From assembly GCF_006345805.1 (NCBI RefSeq), contig NW_021824569.1:1-18896 (forward strand): 18,896 nt of DNA, read 5' to 3'. A program made the position numbers and the translations under genes. Under the pieces are notes generated by a model. It was not told where the DNA came from. It ran no database searches and saw only the letters and a program-made list of their open reading frames with translations. Positions 1 through 9,725 of the stretch are shown here, piece by piece. How positions within the stretch are numbered: position 1 is the first letter of the stretch; each line of letters begins with the position of its first letter. This DNA comes from Octopus sinensis. Lineage: Eukaryota.

Positions 1-377
1 TGAAGTTAGCAGATCTGCGTGCGTGTGTATGCATGAGTATGTTTGTGTATGTGTATGTGTGTCAATATGTGTGTGTGTGTGTGAGTGTGCGTTTGTGTAT
101 GAGTGAATGTATGTAGGTGTGTTTGTCATTAAGGGACTGTTAATTAACGAGCCCTATCATGCGGGTTGGGCGGGAAAGAATACCAGTGACCACTTTGGCC
201 TTGTTTTGAAGAACCTCAACATTAATCGACCATTTTTACTGGACTTTGTAAACAGACAGACAGACGACGGTTTATACTAACAGGTTTGTAGATACAGACA
301 TATCCACACGTGTTTGTATAAATGTTTGGTGAATGTGTGTCTGTGCGCGCGTATATACATACACACACGTATATGTG

Positions 378-604
<227 letters not shown>

Positions 605-878
605 GGTAAACAAACAGGGAGATTAGAAAGATGGATAATTAAAGACGTAAACAGGTAGGTACATTGACAGGTGGATAGGTATATAGAAAGATACACAGAC
701 AGACAGGCAAACAGGCAGGTAGACAGACAGACAGACAGACAAATAAACAGATAACGTACAATAGAAACTCATTAGATTGACATATTTACTGACGGGTAGG
801 TAAATACCTATATAAATGTAGATTATTGTTAACACATGTATACAGATATTGTATAGTAATATTCTGTGTGTGTGTGTG

Positions 879-1103
879 AAGGCGTCGAGCTGACAGAATC
901 GTTCAGCACGCCGGGGCAGAATAGTGCTTAGCGGCGTTTCGTCTGGTTTTTACATTCTGAGTTCAAATATTGCCGAGATCGACTTTGCCTTTCATCTTGT
1001 TAGGATCGATAAAATAAGTACCAGTTGAACATTGTTGCCGATGTAATCGACTCATTCATTCCCCTACCCCGAAATTGCAGCTTTCGTGCCAAAATTTGAA
1101 ATC
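879..1103 (+). mobile_element. tRNA-derived SINE family A, copy 1 (tail type 1), with 21 bp TSD
   Basis: Head AAGGCGTCGAGCTGACAGAATCG (A-box-like), B-box GAGTTCAAAT, body GACTTTGCCTTTCATC...GATAAAATAAGTACCAGT shared with 1563-1800 and 15075-15405. Flanking direct repeat AATATTCTGTGTGTGTGTGTG at 858-878 and 1104-1124. Confidence 0.9.
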
Positions 1104-1562
1104 AATATTCTGTGTGTGTGTGTGTGTGCGTGTATATATATTTACATACACACATATACATGTGGTGTATGCCCGCACACACACACACACATACGCATAC
1201 ACACTGTGTCTTATGTAGTACGCATATTGAAAGCAGCATACAATATATCGTTATATATAATATGTTGCATAATAATTATACAGCAAAGCTAAATAAATGG
1301 CTATTGTGAAGAAACTATTGACGTTTAGCGTCGGCATTTAGTAAAACTAGAGGCGTTGAGCGTCGGTAAATAGTAAAACAAACGTTGAATAAACTTTTAT
1401 GGCATGTGACTCGAAGAGAGAAAGTGACATTTAGGGCAGAAGTTTTCTCGGTCAGCAATGAAACGAATGTCAAACAGGTGTTGAAGAATCGATGTATAAT
1501 ATATAAGAGATCGAATCCCAGTAGATTATATGCTTTCACCTCCGTTGGTAATTTCATCTTCC

Positions 1563-1804
1563 AAGGCGGTGAACTGGCAGAAACGTTTGCACGCCGGGCG
1601 AAATGCGTAGCCTTATTTCGTCTGCCGTTACGTTCTGAGTTCAAATTCCGCCGAGGTCGACTTTGCCTTTCATCCTTTCGGGGGTCGATAAATTAAGTAC
1701 CAGTTACGCACTGGGGTCGATATAATCGACTTAATCCCTTTGTCTGTCCTTGTTTGTCCCCTCTGTGTGTAGCCCTTTGTGGGTAGTAAAGAAATAGGTA
1801 TTTC
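1563..1804 (+). mobile_element. tRNA-derived SINE family A, copy 2 (tail type 2)
   Basis: AAGGCGGTGAACTGGCAGAAACG head, GAGTTCAAATTCC B-box, same body as copy 1, tail ...TTGTCCCCTCTGTGTGTAGCCCTTTGTGGGTAGTAAAGAAATAGGTATTTC. Possible degenerate TSD ATTTCATCTTC / ATTTCAGCTTC. Confidence 0.92.
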
Positions 1805-1806
1805 AG

Positions 1807-1945
1807 CTTCTTCTTCTTCTTCTTCTTCTTTCTTCTTTCTTCTTCTCTCTCTCTTCCTTCTCGTTTCCTCCCCGCCCCCCCCGCCCCCTCCTTCTCCTCC
1901 CCTCTGTCCGAAACTTCACACCTCTCTTTCTTTCTACTCCTCCCA
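1807..1945. repeat. (TTC)n and polypyrimidine low-complexity tract
   Basis: A TTC run followed by a C/T-only-rich stretch including poly-C. Confidence 0.9.
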
Positions 1946-2144
1946 GATTACAATTACTTCACACTCACATGTCCACCTCACAACAATACATACACACATG
2001 ACCGTTACGTAATATTTACGAAAGGTTTGGCGGTTACATACAGATTTAAAATACTGTTGTGTTGTGATAAAATATTGTGTGTGCGTGTGTGCTTGTGCAC
2101 ATGTATGAATAAGTGATTTTTGTTTAAATATGATTTGGCAGTGC

Positions 2145-2181
<37 letters not shown>

Positions 2182-2395
2182 CACTCTCCCATAGACGTAT
2201 AACAACATGTAGCTCCTCCTCACATGTTTAAGTTCGAACTTAGACCGGAAGTGTCGAAAGCTAAGACAACCTGTTAATTAACTAACTAATTAATTAATTA
2301 ATTAATCCTTATATCTTCCGCTATGTGTGTTGAGCGTTAATTAGTTCCATTTGTTTACCTGCCTATTGTATGCATGCTTGTCTGTACGTATGTGA

Positions 2396-2606
2396 TAGAT
2401 CATTAGCCACTACACACATTTTTTTTCTCTCCTTGTTTCTCTCCTTGTTTTTTTTCTGTGTCCCTTTCTCTAGAAGAGCGTAGGCTCGAAACGTAAAATA
2501 CTCTTTCTATTCTTGAGCGTTATACTAATACATCTGTTTGTTTTGTACACCACCTGTCTTCGTCTTTTGTTTTTTTTTTTGTAAACTCTCCCTAAATATA
2601 TATATA
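2396..2606 (+). mobile_element. Penelope-like element terminal fragment with decayed minimal hammerhead-like motif
   Basis: T-rich segment containing TTT-CTCTAGA-A-GAGC-GTAG-GCTC-GAAA-CGTA-AAA at 2465-2498. This is the layout of minimal type I hammerheads found in Penelope-like termini. The family assignment is inference. Confidence 0.55.
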
Positions 2607-2746
2607 CACATGTATAATGACGTGTATTCCCCTTCTCTTTATAACTTAGAATAATTTTAAATCGGACACTTTGTTAGTAAGCGTGTGAAAGCATCTTGCT
2701 TTGGTCATCATTCTTTAAATCTTAGGAAGCCTTGCCGATTTTTATT

Positions 2747-2953
2747 TGTATGTATGTATGTATGTATGTATGTATGTATGTGTGTGTGTATGTATGTATG
2801 CATGTATGTATGTGTGTGTGTGTATTATGTATGTATGTATGTATGTATGTATGTATGTATGTATGTATGTATGTATGTATGTGTGTATGTGTTTGTATGT
2901 ATGTGTGTATGTGTATGTATGTATGTGTGTGTGTATGTATGTATGTATGTATG
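2747..2953. repeat. (TGTA)n/(TG)n compound microsatellite
   Basis: Directly visible tandem TGTA with TG interruptions. Confidence 0.97.
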
Positions 2954-3290
2954 CAAAGCCGGCGGAAGTGCGGGGCCCTCAACTCTACAAAAGCTTCGAT
3001 TGATCATTTATGAGTCGTGTTTCCCTCAAGAAAAGAAGTGCGTCCTTCTAAATAATGTTATTACGCCATTTTCTCTTGGAATTGTATTCCTTTCTGACCT
3101 TGTGCCCTCCCTTGGACAACTTCCTGGGACCGGCTCTGCTTCGTGTAGTCTGCTAGTCCCAGTCACCCCTCTCAAAACGTTAATATGCTAAAAATTCATC
3201 ATATTGTTCTCCGCTCGAGCGTATGCACGGGAGCTCTCTCTTGGCGCAGGGCCAAATTTGAACAAATCTATTTGCCTGAAAACCGGTTCC

Positions 3291-3346
3291 GTATGTGTGT
3301 ATGTATGTATGTATGTATGTATGTATGTATGTATGTATGTATGTAT

Positions 3347-3386
<40 letters not shown>
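3291..3386. repeat. (TGTA)n followed by (TG)n
   Basis: Directly visible. Confidence 0.97.
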
Positions 3387-3388
<2 letters not shown>

Positions 3389-3394
3389 TGGGTA

Positions 3395-3753
3395 TGACTT
3401 CAACTGCATCAAGTACTGAGGTCATGAATCGGGAGTTCCAAGTTTTCTTTTTTATGGGTTGTGGACCCCCTCTCCTTAACCACTATTTTTTCCTCCTCTA
3501 CTCTGACCCTGGGTAAGTAGCCCCTGCCAGGTTCCCCGCTATAGGTTAATTAACATATTGAGGCATATCTCCCAACGCATGTGAAGACTGGCCCGGGGGA
3601 CTCTGCGACTCGGCGGAAGAAACCGTCATGATTTGCACGGAGGGGGAGGCGACTGCAGTAACACGATGGTGGTTAAGGGGTGGTTCCACAGCCCTTAAAA
3701 GAAAACTTGGAACTCCCGATTCAGAGGCCTTGTACCGGATGCGGTTGAAATCA
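3395..3753. repeat. Inverted repeat with ~85-89 bp arms (3395-3483 and 3669-3753) and ~185 bp spacer
   Basis: A perfect 27 bp core, TGAATCGGGAGTTCCAAGTTTTCTTTT (3425-3451), is the reverse complement of 3697-3723. The flanking parts of the arms align with scattered mismatches. Confidence 0.93.
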
Positions 3754-4261
3754 CACACACACACGTACATACATGCATACATACATACATGCATGCATGC
3801 ATGCCTGCCATACATACATACATACATACATACATACATACATACATACATACATACATACATACATACGTACATACATACATACAACTGCATACATATA
3901 CATACATACGTACAACATGCATGCATACATACATACATACATACAATACATACATACTACATACATAATACATACATACATGCATGCATGCATGCCTGCA
4001 TACATTCATACATACATACATACACATACATACATACGTACATACATACATACATACATACATGCATACATACATACATACATACATACTACATGCATGC
4101 AAGCATGCCTGCATACATACATACATACATACATACATACGTACATACATGCATGCATGCATGCAGGCATACATACATACATACATACATGCATGCATAC
4201 ATACATGAATGCATGCATGCATGCCTGCATACGTACATACATACATACATGCCTGCATACA

Positions 4262-4295
<34 letters not shown>

Positions 4296-4622
4296 CACGC
4301 ATGCATACATACATACATACATGCATGCATGCATGCCTGCATACATACATACATACATACATACATACATGCATGCATGCCTGCATACATACATACATAC
4401 ATACATACATACATGCATGCATACATACATACATACATACATACATACATACATACATACATGAATGCATGCATGCATGCCTACATACATACATGCATAC
4501 ATACATGCATGCATACATACATACATGCATACATACATGCATACATACATATACATACATACATACATACATACATACATACATAATACATACATACATA
4601 CATACATACATACATACATGCA
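3752..4622. repeat. Long (CATA)n/(CATG)n compound satellite
   Basis: About 870 bp of CATA with recurring ATGCATGCATGCCTG cassettes. Confidence 0.97.
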
Positions 4623-5025
4623 TTTAAAGAATGATGAACAAAACGAGTGCAGAGAGGAAGATGAAGAGGAAGGTGAGGCAAATAAGACATCTTGGCCGTC
4701 GTCCACTTCATTTCGGTCTCCGTTCCAAGTCATGTTGACCTGGCCTTGCCAAGGATGGTCACGGATGAGAGAATGTGGTTGACGGTGCGTAACTCCTCTT
4801 CAGCGCATAAGTTATTAGTCATACCTGATAATGATTAGATGCTCCTCGTCTCACCGATGGACAAACGTCTGTGTGTGTGTGTATGTGTGTATTTGTGTGT
4901 GTGTGTGTCTGTATTTATTTATGTATGTATTTATATATGTATGTATTTAAATATGTATGTACATGTGTATGTATACATATCGGTATGTATACATGCATCT
5001 TGTCTCTCTCTCTCTTTTTATATGG

Positions 5026-5470
5026 TTTTACTTGTCTCAGGCATCAGACTGCGGCCATGCTGGGGCACAGCCTTGATGAATTTTTAATTCAATGAATCGA
5101 CCCCTATACTTATGTTTTTTGTAAAGTTTAGTACTTATTCTACTGATCTCTTATACGGACCGCTAAGTTAAAGGAAGTTAAACACACCAACACCGGGTTG
5201 TCAAGCAGTGATAGGGGACAAACACAAGACACACACACACATGCACACACACACACACACGCGCACACACACACACACATACACACACGCACACGTACGA
5301 CATGTACGACAAGCGTCTTTCGGTTTTCGTCAACCAAATCCACCAACAAGACTTTGGTTGGCCCGAGGCTATAGTAGAAGATACTTGCCCAAGGGATAAC
5401 GCAGTGGGATTGAACCTGGAATCATGTGGTTGAGAAGCGAATTTCGTACCACTCAGCCACGCCTGTGCCT
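5026..5470 (-). mobile_element. tRNA-derived SINE family B (CORE-like; similar to the octopus OR-type SINEs), full length
   Basis: Minus strand reads AGGCACAGGCGTGGCTGAGTGG (A-box)...GGTTCAATCCC (B-box)...CCTTGGGCAAGT (CORE-like motif)...internal (TG)n...CAGCATGGCCGCAGTC...ACAAGTAAAA tail. Homologous to five other copies in the window. Confidence 0.92.
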
Positions 5471-5554
5471 GTCTGCTACTATAGCCTCGGGCCGACCAAA
5501 GCCTTGTGAATGGATTTGGTTGACGTAAACTGAAAGATACCAGTCTTGTATATC

Positions 5555-5621
<67 letters not shown>

Positions 5622-5622
5622 G

Positions 5623-5685
<63 letters not shown>

Positions 5686-5698
5686 GTCTGTCTATCTA

Positions 5699-5749
<51 letters not shown>

Positions 5750-6000
5750 GAGTGTCTGTATGTATGTATTTAATTATTTGTGTGTGTGTCTGTGTTTGTT
5801 TTCCCACTATCGCTTGACAACTGATGCTGGTGTGTTTACGTCCCCGTAACTTAGCGGTTCGGCAAAAAGGACATACAGAATAAGTACTAGGCTTACAAAG
5901 AATATGTTCTGGGATCCATTTGTTCGACTAAAGGTGGTGCTCCAGCATGGCCGCAGTCAAATGATTGAAACAAATAAAGGAATAAAAGAATAAAAGAATA
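5471..6000 (+). mobile_element. SINE family B, 5'-truncated (no tRNA head), with ~200 bp internal (TCTA)n/(TCTG)n expansion
   Basis: Begins GTCTGCTACTATAGCCTCGGGCCGACCAAAGCC, has a microsatellite at ~5553-5749, then the 3' half ending in (AATAAAAG)n. Confidence 0.92.
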
Positions 6001-6262
6001 TATATATATATACATACAAATGTATGTATACACACACACACACATATATATGCACACACATATGTACATATATATATATATACATATATATACATATATA
6101 TACCACACACATATTATATATATTAGATGTATATATGTATGTATATATGTATATTGATGTATATGTATACATAGTATATATGTATATATATATGTATATA
6201 TGTATATATGTATATATTATTATGTATATATAATATATATATATATATATAATATATATACT
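6001..6262. repeat. Degenerate (TA)n/(CA)n tract
   Basis: Directly visible. Confidence 0.9.
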
Positions 6263-6264
6263 TA

Positions 6265-7105
6265 TGCATGTGTATATACATGTAGAGGTAGGTACGTACA
6301 TATATGTATGTATATCTGCATATTTATTTATTAATTTATTATATGACAGAACGCACGCATCTATTTCTAAGTAAGATTGTTCTTAATATTAATAATGATG
6401 CGCACTCTTAACCTTTCTCTCCCCCTCACTTTCTCAGCCTTCATTCTTTTGGCCTTCCTTTTCTTCTACCTTACTGTCTCTCCCTCTCTCTCTCTCATTC
6501 TTTATTCTTTTCTCTACAACCATTCCCTTTTTTCTCTCCCTTTCTCTTACTCCTCCTCCTCCTCCTCCCTCCCATCGTTGACCCGCGACGAGAACTCTGC
6601 TACTGTCTTTCTTCTCCTGGCTACCTTCAAGTAGAGACGGCACATCTGTTGCTCCCTCACCGTTCTCAAAAAATAGCGTTCGTAAAATTTTTTATCTCGT
6701 TCGGCTTAACAGCCCTTCTTGTTTGTGTTACTGTTATTCTCCTTGTCCTGTTTATATTTTGTACTGTCGTTACTGTCCTGTTTTTGTTACCATTTTTACC
6801 CCTCCGCAAAAAAATCTCTTATTTTATTTAATTTGATTTTCGCGGGAAGAATTGTTTCATTAAAGTCATGTATCGCCTTGACCTTCGAAACGTGGAGTAT
6901 GTGAAACAAAGGCGACTGAAGAAGGGGAATTTTTTCGTTGTTTAAGAAAAATGTCCATTTCCTTAGTTTTGTATTTATGTTTTCGTTTCTCATTGTGTTC
7001 GACGCTTTTTTGGTGTTCTGTACTCATATATGCATGTATATATACATGGAGGTAGGTACGTACATATATGTATTTTATATGGATATGTTTTATTTATTAT
7101 TAATT
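6265..7105 (+). mobile_element. Penelope-terminus-like repeat unit (about 1.1 units, terminally redundant), diverged variant
   Basis: GAGGTAGGTACGTACATATATGTAT occurs at both ends (~6284 and ~7049). The body is homologous to the reverse complement of 7140-7995 (shared AACGCACGCA, TAAGTAAGATTGTTCT, TTAACAGCCCTTCTT, TTTTACCCCTC, CCTTCGAAACGT, GCGACTGAAGAAGGGGA). The repeat is certain; the Penelope assignment is inference. Confidence 0.7.
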
Positions 7106-7106
7106 C

Positions 7107-7139
<33 letters not shown>

Positions 7140-8990
7140 GTTAATAATAGAACATATGCATATATATAAACATATATGTACGTACCTACCTCTACATGTA
7201 CATATACACGCATATATGTGTACAGGACACCAAAAGACGTCGAACACATAGAGAGACGAACACATAGACACAAACCAAGGAACAAGACAAGCAAAAAAAA
7301 GAGAGATACAGGACAATAAGCACAACGAAAATCCCCTTCTTCAGTCGCTGAGATTTCATCTACTAAACGTTTCGAAGGATAAAGCGAGACGTATACTTCG
7401 AAGAAACTTCCTTCCCGCGAAAAGCAAATCAATTAAAATTCTGAGATCTTTTCGCAGAGGGGTAAAAAAAAAAAAAAAAAAGCAAGACGGTAACGACAGT
7501 ACAACATATAAACAGTAAAAAATATATATATAAACAGTGGAAAAATAAATATATACAGTGAGAGACAGGACAAGGAGAACAAGATAAGAAGGGCTGTTAA
7601 CGCCAGACGAAAAAAGTATTGCAAACGCTGGATTATCGTGGACGACGAGAGAGAGAAAATTGTCGACCAGTAGCCTTACAAGGCGGGCGAGAAAAGACGG
7701 ATAGCAGTTACGACGGAAGTATCGTCGCAGATGGACGACGGGAATGGGGAGGGGAGCAAGAGGAAGAGAGAGAAGAAGGGGAGGCGAGGAGACCATGAAG
7801 AATGGTGAAGGGAGAGAGAGAATGAAGAATGAAGAGAGAGGAAGAGACAAGTTAAGTGAGGGAAAAAAAAGACGAAAAGGGGAATGGGAGAGAAAGAAAG
7901 AAAGATGCAGAGTCGCGTGAGAGTTATATCAAGGCTAACTTGATAAACAGAACAATCTTACTTAATAGGGTGCGTGCGTTTAGTCGTATAATATGTTAAT
8001 AAAATAGAACATATGCATATATATAAACATATGTATCGTACCTACCTCTACATGTCATATACACGCATATATGTGTACAGGACACCAAAAGACGTCGAAC
8101 ACATAGAGACGAAACACATAGACACAAACCAAGGAACAAGACAAGCAAAAAAAAGAGAGATACAGGACATAAGCACAACGAAAAATCCCTTTCTTCAGTC
8201 GCTGAGATTTCATCTACTAAACGTTTCGAAGGATAAAAGCGAGACGTATACTTCGAAGAAAACTTCCTTCACCGAAAGCGAAATCAATTAAAATTCTGAG
8301 ATCTTTTCGCAGAGGGGTAAAAAAAAAAAAAAAAAAAGCAAGACGGTAACGACAGTACAAAAATATAAACAGAGTAAACAAATATATATATAAACAGTGG
8401 AAAAATAAATATATAACAGTGAGAGACAGGACAAGGAGAACAAGATAAGAAGGGCTGTTAACGCCAGACGAAAAAAGTATTGCAAACGCTGGATTATCGT
8501 GGACGACGAGGAGAGAGAAAAGTGTCGACCATAGCCTTACAAGGCGGGCGAGAAAAGACAGGATAGCAGTTACGACGGAAGTATCGTCGCAGATGGACGA
8601 CGGGAATGGGGGAGGAGGAGCAAGAGGAAGAAGAGAAGAAGGGGAATGGTGCGAGGAGACCATGAAGAATGGTGAAAGGGAGAGAGAGAATGAAGATGAG
8701 AGAGAGGAAGAGAACAAGTTAAGTGAGGGAAAAAAAAGACGAAAAGGAAGGGAGAGAAAGAAAGAAAGATGCAGAGTCGCGTGAGAGTTAATATCAGGCT
8801 AACTTGATAAACAGAACAATCTTACTTAATAGGGTGCGTGCGTTTAGTCGTATAATATGTTAATAAAATATAACTATGCATATATATAAACATATATGTA
8901 CGTACCTACCTATCTTTTCGCAGAGGGGTAAAAAAAAAAGCAAGACGGTAACGACAGTACAAACATATAAACAGTAAAAAATATATATAT
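7140..8990 (-). repeat. Tandem array of the ~860 bp unit: 7140-7994, 7995-8858, plus an internally deleted partial unit at 8859-~8990
   Basis: The unit start GTTAATAA recurs at 7140, 7995 and 8859. Units 1 and 2 are near-identical and differ mostly by 1-3 bp indels. The third jumps from CCTACCT to ATCTTTTCGCAGAGG, skipping ~250 bp. Confidence 0.93.
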
Positions 8991-9353
8991 ATACATACAT
9001 ATATATATTTATACATATACACAGATATACATATACATATATATATAGTTATATGTATATGATATACATATGCACATTTACACACACATACACACACACG
9101 CACACACTCATATCAATGAAAATGCGCTATCTTATCACTGCTCCGTACTCGACTGACGTTTCGTTCTAAAGTATATTGAGTTCTACACCACAATCTGTGT
9201 GTGTGTGTGTGTGGAGTGGGTAATGTTTTATCAGTTTCATGTGTTTGTAATATAAATCTGTTTGCAACTCTCGTTGTGTTGAGGTACAACATATGTACAA
9301 TTGACACTGATATCAATGATGTATATGTGTGTAAATCAGAGTGTGTGTACGCG

Positions 9354-9357
<4 letters not shown>

Positions 9358-9413
<56 letters not shown>
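9358..9413. repeat. (TG)n(AG)n compound microsatellite
   Basis: Directly visible. Confidence 0.97.
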
Positions 9414-9417
<4 letters not shown>

Positions 9418-9725
9418 GGAGAGATAAGGCAGTCAGCCATTTTATAGGCGCGTAAGAGCTGATAAATAGTCCTGACAATAGTTTTTTTTCTAGATGAATA
9501 GATGCCATGAGTGGGGTATTTTGTGTGTATAGAGGTGGGTGTATATTTGAGTGTATGTGTGTATATGAATGTATTTGTGTCTGTGTGAACGTGAAGGTGT
9601 ATTGTGTATTAACGAGGATCGACGGTTATATTTATTGCGGTTTCAAAAAAATTTGGTTATTTCTTCTCCTCTCTCCTTCTCTCTTATTCTCTTTCTTTCT
9701 CTCACTCTTTCTCTCTCTATATATA

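Noticed and set aside
3546-4782. Long ORFs up to 284 aa (HTYI/MYVC repeats), and similar ones at 2685-3191 and 10668-11478
   Set aside because: They are translations of CATA/TATG arrays, which lack stop codons in most frames. They are open on both strands and have no domain content.
6377-8784. Hydrophobic ORFs resembling membrane proteins
   Set aside because: They arise from T/C-rich repeat strands. The frames are not preserved between the near-identical tandem copies.
9120-9485. Several GATA-factor-like sites (CTTATCA, AGATAAG, TGATAA)
   Set aside because: Short motifs in AT-rich, GATA-repeat-rich DNA, with no independent support.
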